NCBI GenBank assembly: GCA_965215605.1
Contig: OZ244070.1
Coordinates: forward strand, 768,001 to 832,000
Source of the DNA: an uncultured Candidatus Binatia bacterium
GTDB taxonomy: Bacteria; Desulfobacterota; Binatia; UBA9968; JAJDTQ01
Length of the DNA: 64,000 bases
Direction of reading: 5' to 3'
Position 1 is the first letter of the stretch; the number at the start of each line of letters is the position of its first letter. Under the pieces are notes generated by a model. It was not told where the DNA came from. It did not search any database and saw only the letters and a list, made by a program, of their open reading frames with translations. Of the stretch, positions 48,858 to 59,000 are shown piece by piece. A program made the translations under genes and the position numbers.

Positions 48858-50386
48858 TAGCGGAGGGAGCGCAACCGGCCTTCCACCCGCGGCGAGACGA
48901 CGCCCCGGGCGGCGATGAAGTCCATCACCTGGGTGGCCACCAGCCTTGCGGCTCGGGCCTCGACGAGCGGCTTTCCGCCGGCAAGCGCGCGGTAACCATC
49001 CCCGCCGCCCGCCATGAAGTCATTGGTAGCCACGGTGTAGGTTGCCTCCGGATCGAGCGTCGCGCCGTCGCGGCGGATCTCGACGACCCGCTCGCCCGGG
49101 GACCGGCGGGGATCGTAGACCACCTGGAGGCCCGAGACCTGGGGGAACCGGCCGCCTCTCTTCTCAATGGCGCTGAAGCCGTTTTCGAGGGCCGCCCGAA
49201 GCTCACGGCCGGTCAACTCCAGCAACACCGTCCGGTCGCCGAAGGGCAGCTCGCTCAGAATGTCCCGGCGGGTCAACTTCGTGCCCGGCGGATAGACCTT
49301 GTCGGCGCGAATCCCGCCCCCGTTGGTCAGGGCGACGTCGGCGCCCACCGCATGGCGCATGGCATCCGCGACCAGGTTCCCGATGGCCGTCTCCCGCGTG
49401 CGGACCATGGCCCGGCGGCTGTCGATCTCTGTCTCGGTGGCGCCGATCTCGACGTCAAGCTCCCGCGACAGACGGGAGCCATAGGCCCGCACCGCCGCGG
49501 CCAGTTCCGGATCCGGGGCTACGCGGCCGGTATGGACGGCGCGAAACGCCGGACTCCACGCAAACCGCTTTCCGCGCCCGGACATCACCTCGTCCAGCGT
49601 GAGCTCGATGACCGTGACCCAGTCCGCCTGCTGCCCCGATTCGGCGAACAGCACCCGGCCGTCGTAGTCCAGCCGCAGCCGGTGGTCGTCCCCGCTCAGC
49701 AGAATATCCACCGCTCCCTGCTCCAGCAACGCCTCGTCTTCCTCCAAGTCGGTATGGGCCAGCGCAATCACCAGGTGCGCGCCCGCCGCCCGCAGCGCCG
49801 CCGCCTGGGCCGCGGCCGTCTCGAGGACCGGGATAAAGGTGACCGCGCCCGGGCTCGACTTGACCGCGGTGTCCGCGGTGGTGAGACCGAAGAGGCCCAC
49901 CCTGAACCGCCCTGCGTCCACCATGATCGCCGCCCGGGCTCCGTCGACGATCTCGCCGTCGGCATCGATGTTGTTGGCGCCCAGGATCGGGAAGGCGGCC
50001 TCGGAGAAGCGCTGCCTGGCCACCTCCGGCCCGAAGTCGTACTCGTGATTGCCGACGGCCATGGCCGTGAGACCGATCCGGTTGAGGAGATCGATCATGT
50101 GGGCGCCCTTGTCGAAGGCCGACATCAGCGAAGGCGAGATGGCGTCGCCGGCGAAGGTCACCACGACGTTGGCGCGACGCGCGCGTTCCGCCCGCACCAC
50201 CGCCGCCAGACGGGCGATGCCGCCTTGGCCACCCTCTTCTTCCATGCGGTCCAGGTCGTTGAAGTGAACGATGGTAAGTTCCACCGGCTCAGCGTGGGCC
50301 AAGCTCGCGGCAGACACGACCACGGACAGCACCAGGCCGGCCCATGCGGGGAAGACCCGTCTCGGTTCCGGTTTCATGGGGGTCAT
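48857..50386 (-). CDS. 5'-nucleotidase / UDP-sugar hydrolase family, secreted
   Basis: HFNDL, AGD, GNHEYDFG, NGGGIR, ELPFG, FPQVSG, GGDGY. Confidence 0.92.
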   Translation of the reverse strand: MTPMKPEPRRVFPAWAGLVLSVVVSAASLAHAEPVELTIVHFNDLDRMEEEGGQGGIARLAAVVRAERARRANVVVTFAGDAISPSLMSAFDKGAHMIDLLNRIGLTAMAVGNHEYDFGPEVARQRFSEAAFPILGANNIDADGEIVDGARAAIMVDAGRFRVGLFGLTTADTAVKSSPGAVTFIPVLETAAAQAAALRAAGAHLVIALAHTDLEEDEALLEQGAVDILLSGDDHRLRLDYDGRVLFAESGQQADWVTVIELTLDEVMSGRGKRFAWSPAFRAVHTGRVAPDPELAAAVRAYGSRLSRELDVEIGATETEIDSRRAMVRTRETAIGNLVADAMRHAVGADVALTNGGGIRADKVYPPGTKLTRRDILSELPFGDRTVLLELTGRELRAALENGFSAIEKRGGRFPQVSGLQVVYDPRRSPGERVVEIRRDGATLDPEATYTVATNDFMAGGGDGYRALAGGKPLVEARAARLVATQVMDFIAARGVVSPRVEGRLRSLR

Positions 50387-50390
50387 TCCC

Positions 50391-51578
50391 TCACGGCTGA
50401 CCCTGAAGCTCGTCAAAAGCGCGGGATTCGTGCCAGCGCCGGCTTACGATCAGCTTGCCTTCCCGGGACAGCCGCTTGCGAAAACCCAGCAAGTGGAACA
50501 GCTCGACCACGAACCACCGGGCGACGCGCGGGTCCACGACAAGGGTTCCCGGCGTGTCCTGGTATCTCCGCACCCCCGGCAACGCCGGCAGCAGTCGCTC
50601 GATACGCAGGCGGCGCAGCCAACTGGCGAGCCGCAACCAGAACGGCCGGACCCGTCTCACGAGGAAGAAACCGTCGGTCCCTTGTCCCTGGTAGAGCGGC
50701 ATGAGGATCTGTCCGGATTCGCCGGCGCGGATCGGCCCCCGGCGATCGCGGGCCAGGATCTGACCGCGCTCGACGGGCTGGAAGTTCGTGAACCCGGGCT
50801 CCATGACGAATTCGTCGTCTTTCCGGATCACATGATGATAGCGGATCTCCACCACCGGCGAAGGCGCGTCCGAGTCCGGGTTTTCGCTGCCGGGGACCGG
50901 CAGCGGCAGGTCTTCGGCGCGGATGCAGCCCGCGGTCGCCAGCATCGTCCGGATGGCTTCCATGTGGATGGACACCGCCGACGGCGAGTCGTTCTGCCCC
51001 CCTTCGAAGCCCACGGCCACGTGCCCCTCTTCGCCCAGATGGTTCAGGATGGTGCTCTCCAGACGCTCTTCGAGGCCCAGCACCACCGGGGCGCGGAGGC
51101 GGAAGGCGAACCGGCGATTCAGCAGCGTGTCGCCGATGACCACGAACGGGGTGCCGGCGGCCGAGGTGGTGTGCAGATCCAGGCACACCACCGGTCCCCG
51201 GCGCCGCGCCAGCTCCGCGTCCAGGGACGCCAGCAGGTCGCGCTGCTCGAGCTCCTCGGAGGTGGCGTCCGGGGCTGCGCGGCGGCCGCTCACCCGGATG
51301 ACGCGTTCGCGCGACCACGCGCGATTGAAGTCTTCGTCGATGTAACGGCAACCGCGGGCCAAGGCCGCGCGGTTGCCGGCAAGCCCGACGAAGGAGCCCC
51401 GGAACGGCGCCTCGGCCGCGCGCAGGGCCTGCAGCACCTGTTGGAGCGCCAGCGCGCCCGCCGGTTCGTTGCCGTGCATGCCGCCGATCCCGATCACGAG
51501 GGGGCCCGGGGCATCGCCGCCGTAGCTGCCCAGAACCCGCGGGAAAACGTGCCCGGCGCCAGGGGAATCAGCCGCCAT
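50391..51578 (-). CDS. Succinylglutamate desuccinylase/aspartoacylase (M14-like) protein
   Basis: GGMHGNE, RYIDEDFNR.W, LDLHT, FEGG. Confidence 0.88.
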   Translation of the reverse strand: MAADSPGAGHVFPRVLGSYGGDAPGPLVIGIGGMHGNEPAGALALQQVLQALRAAEAPFRGSFVGLAGNRAALARGCRYIDEDFNRAWSRERVIRVSGRRAAPDATSEELEQRDLLASLDAELARRRGPVVCLDLHTTSAAGTPFVVIGDTLLNRRFAFRLRAPVVLGLEERLESTILNHLGEEGHVAVGFEGGQNDSPSAVSIHMEAIRTMLATAGCIRAEDLPLPVPGSENPDSDAPSPVVEIRYHHVIRKDDEFVMEPGFTNFQPVERGQILARDRRGPIRAGESGQILMPLYQGQGTDGFFLVRRVRPFWLRLASWLRRLRIERLLPALPGVRRYQDTPGTLVVDPRVARWFVVELFHLLGFRKRLSREGKLIVSRRWHESRAFDELQGQP

Positions 51579-53499
51579 CCGCACCGTCCTCGCCGGCGAG
51601 CTGCTCGAGCAGGCGCGCCGTAAGCTGGAGGATGTCGCTCTCGGTCACGATCCCCACCAGCCGCTCTTCCTTGACCACCAGCAGATAATCGCTCTGTGCC
51701 TCCCGCATCCGGGCCACCGCCTCCGTGACCGTGGCCTCCGGCGCGATGGTCACCGGATCCGGCTGCATGACCGCCCGCACCGGCACCGGCTCACCGTCCG
51801 CGTCCGGCCCTGCCGGAGCCCACTGCCCAAGAGCCTCGAAGCACGAGATCAGACCAGCCACCTTGCCGTCCTCATCCTCCACCGGCACGTGACGAATGCG
51901 TCGCCAATCCATGAGCCTGATCACGAGGTCCATCGGTTCGTCGGGGTGGACCGTGATGAGGTCCGTGGTCATGAACTCCTCGATACGCAGGGCATGGGGT
52001 TTCCCGCCGCGGCCCTCCTCGACTCCAGCCAATGGCCATTCGTGCACGGGCTTTCCCTCCCATTGCCGCGCGGCGGTCGCCGCCGTGAGGGCGCTCAACA
52101 GGGCGTCCTGCGTGTCCGCGCCCTGCATGCCGGCGAGCGAGCGCAGCAGCCAGGACGCCCCGTTCCGGCGCGTCGCCACCCGCTGCTCGATGACCCCCAG
52201 GTAGCGGTCCACGTCCGCGGAGTCGAGGCCGGCGGCGCGCAGCCCCTGCCATGCCAGCGGCAGCAACTCCCGGCGGATGAGATCGTCCGCGGGCGCCGTC
52301 ATGCCATCCACCCAGGTGAACTGGGCGCTGAGCCCGCGCTGCGCCGCCGCCAGGAAATTGGCCTCGGCGTCGTGGAAGGGCATGGAGGCGCCCACGTCGC
52401 CGTACGCCTCTTGTCCGCCCCGGAGCATGCCCAGGAAGAAGGCGGCGTTGGCCACCTCGTCCAGGATCGTGGGGCCCGAAGGCAGCACCCGGTTCTCGAT
52501 GCGGATATGCGCCCGGCCCTCGCCGACGCCGAAACAGGCGCGGTTCCAGCGGTAGACCGTGCCGTTGTGGGTGCGCAGGGCCGGCAACGTCGGCAGCCCG
52601 CCGCGCGCCAGCACATCCAGGGAATCCTCGTCCAGGGGCGCTCCCAGCAGCACCCGGAAGCGCGCCAGGTCTTCCCGGATCAGCTCCAGGATGGACTCGC
52701 GCACCCAGTCCTGGCCGAAGCTCACCCGGGCGGCGCGCTCGCGCATGTGATGGCCCGCCCGGCGCGTGTCGATGGACTGCTGAAACAGCGGGATGCGCGT
52801 CTCGCGCCACAGGCGGCGTCCGAACAGGAGCGGCGAGTTGGCCGCCGCCGCCACCAGCGGGGCGGTCACGAGCTGGGCGAGGTTGTAGCACTGGGCGAAC
52901 TCCGCCGGCTCCACCTGGTAGTGCACCTGAAAGCTGGTGCAGCCGGATTCCAGCATCACCGAGTCATGCCGGATGTCCAACTCATCGGCCCCCTTGAGCC
53001 GGAACTCGTAGTCGCCGCCGCGGAGCTGGGTGAGCACCCGGTTGAGCGCCCGATAACGCGGCCGCGGGGCCATGTGGGCCAGCGCAAGGTCGGACTTGCG
53101 CAAGGTCGGGAGGATACCGACCAGCACCACCTCGGCGCCGCGCTCGTGCGCGGCCTCCCTCAGCCGCCGCAACGCGGATTGGAGCTGCTCCTCGAGCCGG
53201 CTCAGGCAGTTACCGCCGAACACCAGCGGATCGAGGTTGATCTCCAGGTTGAAGAGCCCCAGCTCGTTGGTATAGTGGGAGTCCGCCACCCGCTCCAGCA
53301 ACTCCATGGCCAACATCGCCGGCCGCCGGGCGGCGTCCACCAGGAACAGCTCCTGCTCCGCGCCGATGCGGTGCACCCCGGACTCGATCATGCCCTGGGC
53401 CAGCATCCGCTCCAGCGCCTGCACGTCCCGCAGCAAGTGCGAGATGAAGGAGCGCAGCTCGGCGGCGTCCTTTTCGCGTTCTACGTCCTGAGATCCCAT
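51568..53499 (-). CDS. Glutamate-cysteine ligase family 2 (GCS2) domain plus two CBS domains
   Basis: IGAEQELFL, NLEIN, SFQVH, ANSPLLFG, RIENRVLPSGPT; C-terminal CBS pair (IRHVPV, GIVTESD). Confidence 0.85.
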   Translation of the reverse strand: MGSQDVEREKDAAELRSFISHLLRDVQALERMLAQGMIESGVHRIGAEQELFLVDAARRPAMLAMELLERVADSHYTNELGLFNLEINLDPLVFGGNCLSRLEEQLQSALRRLREAAHERGAEVVLVGILPTLRKSDLALAHMAPRPRYRALNRVLTQLRGGDYEFRLKGADELDIRHDSVMLESGCTSFQVHYQVEPAEFAQCYNLAQLVTAPLVAAAANSPLLFGRRLWRETRIPLFQQSIDTRRAGHHMRERAARVSFGQDWVRESILELIREDLARFRVLLGAPLDEDSLDVLARGGLPTLPALRTHNGTVYRWNRACFGVGEGRAHIRIENRVLPSGPTILDEVANAAFFLGMLRGGQEAYGDVGASMPFHDAEANFLAAAQRGLSAQFTWVDGMTAPADDLIRRELLPLAWQGLRAAGLDSADVDRYLGVIEQRVATRRNGASWLLRSLAGMQGADTQDALLSALTAATAARQWEGKPVHEWPLAGVEEGRGGKPHALRIEEFMTTDLITVHPDEPMDLVIRLMDWRRIRHVPVEDEDGKVAGLISCFEALGQWAPAGPDADGEPVPVRAVMQPDPVTIAPEATVTEAVARMREAQSDYLLVVKEERLVGIVTESDILQLTARLLEQLAGEDGADGG

Positions 53500-53548
53500 G
53501 GGCTGGCTTCGGTTTGCCCGTTCTCCCCGAAAGCGGGCCGGGCATGGG

Positions 53549-54616
53549 TCACAGCAGGCTCTTACCGCCGAAGCGGCTCTTCCACTGGTCGATGACCTCC
53601 TTGTTGTAGACGTTGTCGGGCACCTCGCCGCGGAGCGCGGTCAGGACCGAGCTGGTGGCCCAGACCACGCCGGGGTGGAGGCCGCTGCCCTTGTTGGAAG
53701 AGACCATGTGGGGCGACATGATCACCTTGTCGCCGAGCTGCCGGAGCGGGCTGTCCATGGACAGGGGCTCGTCCTCGAAGACGTCAAGGACCGCGCCCGA
53801 GATGACGTCGTTTTCCAGCGCCTCGGTGAGTTCCGGCTCGTTGACGCAGTAGCCGCGGGAGGTGTTGATGAAGATGGCATCCTTCTTCATCTGCGCGAAC
53901 TCTTCCTTGCCCATCATGTGGCGGGTCTCCTTGGTGAGGACCACGTGGAGGGTGACCACGTCGGACTCCCGCAGCAGCGTCGCCAGATCCACCTTCTCGA
54001 CGCCCGCCTCCGCGAACTTCTCGTCGGGCACGTAGGGATCGCAGGCGATCATGCGCATGCCCCAGGGCTTCATCAGCTTGGCCACGCGGGTGCCGATGCG
54101 CCCCAACCCGATGATGCCCAGCACGATGCCGGGGTAGCCGTCCATCTCGCGGGACCCTACGTAAGTGCCCTGGTGGCTCAGGTCGCGCCACTCGCCGCCG
54201 CTCTTCAGGTGACGGTCACGCTCCCGCGTGCGTTTGAGCATGGTCAGCATGCCGGTGATGGTGCCCTCGGCGACCCCGCCCCAATTGGACTCCGTGGGGG
54301 CGTGGCACACCATGATGCCCATCTCCGTGGCCGCGTCCACGTCCACGTCGTCCACGCCGATGGTGTACTTGGCCACCACCCGGAGTTCCTTGGAGGCCTT
54401 CATGATCTCCTGGCTGATGGGAGAGCTTCGGATGGAGGTCCCCACCAGCGCATGGGCGCCCTGGGCCATGGCGACCATCTCCGCCTCGTTGTCTCCCTGG
54501 GGGTTGTGCCAACCGGCCTTGCCCAGGACCAGCTCGCAGCCGTTGTCCTCGAGCTTCCTGTGGGAGTCGCCCTTTTCGTCGTTGGGAGCGAATATGAACA
54601 CCTTGGCGTTGGCCAT
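53549..54616 (-). CDS. D-isomer-specific 2-hydroxyacid dehydrogenase (SerA-like)
   Basis: GIIGLGRIG, INTSRG, LDVFEDEP, SPH. Confidence 0.92.
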   Translation of the reverse strand: MANAKVFIFAPNDEKGDSHRKLEDNGCELVLGKAGWHNPQGDNEAEMVAMAQGAHALVGTSIRSSPISQEIMKASKELRVVAKYTIGVDDVDVDAATEMGIMVCHAPTESNWGGVAEGTITGMLTMLKRTRERDRHLKSGGEWRDLSHQGTYVGSREMDGYPGIVLGIIGLGRIGTRVAKLMKPWGMRMIACDPYVPDEKFAEAGVEKVDLATLLRESDVVTLHVVLTKETRHMMGKEEFAQMKKDAIFINTSRGYCVNEPELTEALENDVISGAVLDVFEDEPLSMDSPLRQLGDKVIMSPHMVSSNKGSGLHPGVVWATSSVLTALRGEVPDNVYNKEVIDQWKSRFGGKSLL

Positions 54617-54747
54617 TGGTTTCCTCCTGTACCGTCGCGCGGTCCTGACATGTCCTGACATGCCGTCGTTGTGTGTATGAGCCACGAACGTTAATATGAC
54701 CCGGCCGGGCAGGTCAACCAGCGGCCGGCCCCGCGGAAATCCCCCGC

Positions 54748-55407
54748 ATGCTCCTGAACACCGACATATCCCGGCGCGTGGCCATCGACACGGAAGAGAT
54801 GCCCTGGATCGACTCCCCCCTGCCCGGGGTCCGGCGGCGCATGCTGGAGCGGGATGGCGGCGAGGTGGCGCGGGCCACCAGCATCGTCCGCTACGCCCCG
54901 GAAAGCCGCTTCGCGGAACACTCCCACGGGCTCGGCGAGGAGTTCCTCGTGCTCGAGGGCGTGTTCTCCGACGAGCACGGCGACTACCCCGCCGGCACCT
55001 ACGTGAGAAACCCGCCGGGCTCCAGTCACCGGCCCCACAGCCGCGGCGGCTGCACCCTGTTCGTGAAGCTCCGCCAGATGGACCCGGAGGACCGGCGGTT
55101 CGCGCGAATCGATACCGCGGGCGCGCCGTGGTCCCCCGGGAACGAACGAGGCCTTCTCGTCATGCCGCTCCACGCCGACGAGAAAGAGTCCGTGGAGCTG
55201 GTGAGGCTGGAGCCGGGGGCGCTTCTGGAACGGCATCCGCATCCCGCGGGCGAGGAGATCTGGGTGCTCGAAGGCGTTCTCGAGGACGACGACGGCGTCT
55301 ACCGCAAGGGCGTCTGGCTACGGAACCCTCCGGGCAGTTCCCATGCGCCGCGCAGCCGGGCGGGCTGCATCTTCTACAGCAAGACCGGACACCTGGCGGC
55401 CGGGTGA
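54748..55407 (+). CDS. ChrR-like double cupin protein
   Basis: RATSIVRYAP, H.H..GEE.LVLEG twice, RNPPGSSH.P twice. Confidence 0.9.
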   Translation: MLLNTDISRRVAIDTEEMPWIDSPLPGVRRRMLERDGGEVARATSIVRYAPESRFAEHSHGLGEEFLVLEGVFSDEHGDYPAGTYVRNPPGSSHRPHSRGGCTLFVKLRQMDPEDRRFARIDTAGAPWSPGNERGLLVMPLHADEKESVELVRLEPGALLERHPHPAGEEIWVLEGVLEDDDGVYRKGVWLRNPPGSSHAPRSRAGCIFYSKTGHLAAG

Positions 55408-55769
55408 CCGGCGCCGGCGGGCCTCCGCGGCAGACTAGTGTCCTGTCCGGTTAGTTCGCATAATAATCTGCGGGTCTGTTCTGCGTTGAGATCGTTTTTT
55501 GTATTGTTTATCAATATGTTAGGAATACTCTCAATTGAGCCGTAATCGATATGTAACCCCATTCAACCAATACTCAGTCCCTGCAAGCGCGCGTATGTCC
55601 TCAAGTCAGTTTGGTGCCTCGGAGAAAGTCACCGTAGCGCCCCGCCGGGCCGGGGTCAATCGTCGGTTTCGTGTCCAGCTGATGCTAGAGAGTTCGACCG
55701 GGGGACGGTCGGGAAATCCGCCTGTCAATTGACGGAACCGATGCTCAGAGTTTCGTTCTGAGCGCCAAC

Positions 55770-55968
55770 TAAACCGCCCCGGGTTTACGGGAGACGGATT
55801 AGTGTGAGTCAGGCCACCAGGGTGGACTCTTTGCACTGCTGATAGTACGTGTCTTCGAGTTCTGCCGGCGGCACATAGCTGATGCCTTCCAGGAGTCGGC
55901 GGCGGTTGAACCAGTCGACCCATTCGAGGGTGGCGAACTCGACCGCTTCGAGGTGGCGCCAGGGGCCG
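55770..55968 (-). mobile_element. IS3-family right-end remnant
   Basis: GPWRHLEAVEFATLEWVDWFNRRRLL....PPAE.E..YY, followed by terminal sequence (T)AAACCGCCCCGGG. Confidence 0.8.
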
Positions 55969-56092
55969 CCGCCCGCTATGGGCGTGGGGGTGATCGACCT
56001 GACCGACAGCGTCTCAATGGCCGTAGCCGCACGGACACGGGGTGCTCGCAGGCAGGTCCGACGGGACGGCGTATCGCAAGCCATTTTGGAGG

Positions 56093-59000
56093 TCACCAGT
56101 TGAGGGCGACGTTGAAGCGGAGGATATGTTCGGGTTTGGTGTGAGGCGCCTTTCTTCGGGTGGCCTTGAGGCCGAGTTGGAGATCGTGGGCGTTGTTGCG
56201 GGCGAGGGGGTTGAAGCGCCATCCCAGGGTGTAGTCGCGGGCGCCGGCGGCGAAGCCGAAGCCGACATGGGGGCTGGCGGCGAAGCGGCGGTCGAGGACC
56301 GGGAAGCCGTAGGCGGCCTCGGCCAGCCAGCGGCTCTCGGCTGTACCGCCCGCGCCGCCGCGGGTGTCCAGCGGGTCGGGAGCGAACAGGGCGTCGATGC
56401 CGTCTTTGGCCTGTCCGCCCCAGTCCTGACGAAGAGTCAGGGAGGGGCCGAGAGTGGTTGCCGGGTCGGGGTTGTAGGCCAGGGAGGCGGCAAAGCCCCG
56501 GTCCTTCAGATCGTCGGACCGGTGGGCCAGCAGGGTGCGGCCCTCGACATCGAGGCGGAGGCCCAGGGCGGGGTCGCTCCAGGCAATGCCGCCGCCGAGT
56601 TCGATGCCGGAGCCGGTCTCGGCATCGCCGCCGTCATGGCGCGCGCCCACTTCGAGCCTGGGCGTCAGAAGGCCGTTTTGGTCCAGGGCGATCTTCCAGC
56701 TTCCCTCCAGACCGAGCCTGAGCCGGGTCACATCGGAGTCCGAGGCCGCGAGGTCCCGGGTCTTCTCCGAAGAGGTGCGCGCCCAGAGCGCGTCCGACTC
56801 AAGCGCCAGCGCCGGCCCGGAGCGTTGCTTCTGCGGGGACCACAGGTCCCCACGGAGCCCCAACGCCGCCATGGTCCAGGAAACGTCCGACTTGAGCACG
56901 CCGCCAACCTCCGGCTTGAGCGTCACCGCGCCGGCGCCGTAGCCTGCCGCGCCCCAGAGCTTCAGCCGCTCGGTGGCCTGGAAAGAGGCGTAGGGTATGG
57001 CCGCGGTCAGCGACGCGTCGAGGCTGCCGTCGCCCTCGCGCACGGCGCCTTCGCACAGAACCTTCCTGGCATCGTCGCTCATGTGGTCCGCGCCGGCTCC
57101 GGCGCAGGGTTCGGGGGCCGTATCCGTATCCGCATAGGCGCCCTCCCCCTCGCTGTGGGTGAGGGCCAGGCCCGCCATCCATCGGTTCCGGGCGTAGTCC
57201 GCCCCGAGCATGCCGGTGGTGGCGTCGCCGTCAAGGGAGAAGGTACCCTCCCTGCCGTCGAAGTGGGCCTGCGCGGCCCGGCCCCAGAAGGCCAGGCTGC
57301 CGCCCTTGGCGTCCTTGCCGCCGGTGGCGGTGAAGCGGCTCTGGAGCATGAGTTCCCGCAAGCTCAGGGCTCTCCATGTTGAAGCGGTCCCTGGCTCGGC
57401 GCCGCCACCCGTAAAGCCCGTGGCCCGGGCTCCGGGCGCCGCGTGGTCATGGGCCGCGGTCTGCCATCCGGACCCGGTTCCCTGGGAAGCGGTGCTGCCG
57501 TCCGGGAGCGCCTGTCCGGCCAGGGCGCCCTGCACGCCCGCCTCCCGCGGCGCCCTCATCCGGCTCTCGATGCCGTCCAGCGCCTGCTGCGCCACCGTGC
57601 GGCCGAACCGACTCAGCCACGCCTTGGGCATCGGGTCGTTATTGACGATGGTGCCCACCGCAACCCCGTCGCCGATCATCGCGCCCCCCGTCGGCCGCGA
57701 CAGCGCCACCTCGAAGGTCTCCGGGTCCTCGTCGTGATTGTCGTTGTAGACGTAGACCCACATCCGCTTCTCGGTCTGGCCCGGATGGAAGGTGAGCGCA
57801 ATGCCGTCCGGCCACCACCAGAACCAGTCCTCGCCCTGCCGGGCGGAGACCGGGCTCGCCTCGCGCGCCGTGAAGGTCACCTTCACCGTCCGCTGCACGG
57901 CCCGGTCGAGCCGCACCGTGAAATACATCAGCCCGACATCCTCATTCGCGGTCTCGTCGCCCACCGAGAAGGTCGGAGCCGTCGCCGCCGCATCGTCGTC
58001 GGTCACCTTCACCGAGGCCGCATTGTCCGGCGCCGCCGCCACCGTGTAGCGCAGTCCCTTGTCGCCGTCCCCGGCAAGGGTGGCGGTCACCGACCCGTGG
58101 GGCTCGTCCGCCGTGTCGTTCACCGTCGGCACCGTAAAGGTGGCCTCGGTCTCGCCCTTGGGGATGGTCGCCGTGGCGGACCCTTCATGCTCGGCTGCCA
58201 CGAAGTCGCTGCCGTCGGCCTCCGAGACCGTGAGGTTGACCGTCAGGTCCGCGCCGGGGGCCCGGCTCGCCGTCAGGGTGAAGGCGGCGTCCGCGCCCTC
58301 CGCCACGGTCCCGGTCTTCGCCGCGATGGCGATCTCCGGCGGCGGCTCCAGGATGGCGAAGCCGGCCGCGCCCGAGGCCGCCGCCCCGCCGCCGAGGCCG
58401 GTGGCGACCGGCGTGCCTAGCTTCACCGTCACCGTCTCCTTCTCGCCCTCGGCCACGCTGTCCGCCACCGTCGCCAGCACCAGCGTCGCCGCTGTCGCCG
58501 ACTTGCGCCCCGCGGCGCCGGCGAAGGTCACCGCCGGCGGGTTCTTGGGATCGGTTCCCGCGAGGTTGGCATAAGTCACGCCCGCGGGCGCCGTCTCCGG
58601 CGCGGCCAGCGCGTAGTCGGTCCCGAGCGTCGCCGTGCCGGCGAAGGCCAGCGGCACCGCGAGGCTCTCGCCCTCCACCAGCGCGCGTCCGAGCGTCAGC
58701 GTCAGCGTCTTCGAGCCCGACGCCTCGGGCAGGTCGCCCGCCGGCGCTGTCAGCACCACTCCTGTGGCATCGTCGTCCGCCACGGCCACGCTTGCGCTCT
58801 TGCCCTGGTCGTCCACCGTATAGCCGGCGCCGTCCGGCACCGTCGCCACCACAGCGCCTGCCGGCTCGTCGGTCTCGTCGGCCAGCGTCGCCACCGTGAA
58901 GGCCGTCTCGGCCTGCCCGGCCGGGATCGTCACCATGCGCTCGCCCAGCGCCGAGGCGTCGGCAATGGCGCCGGTCTGCGCGACCGCCACCGTCACCGCG

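Noticed and set aside
54642-54661. GTCCTGACAT direct repeat between divergent genes
   Set aside because: Only two copies; could be an operator but nothing else supports it.
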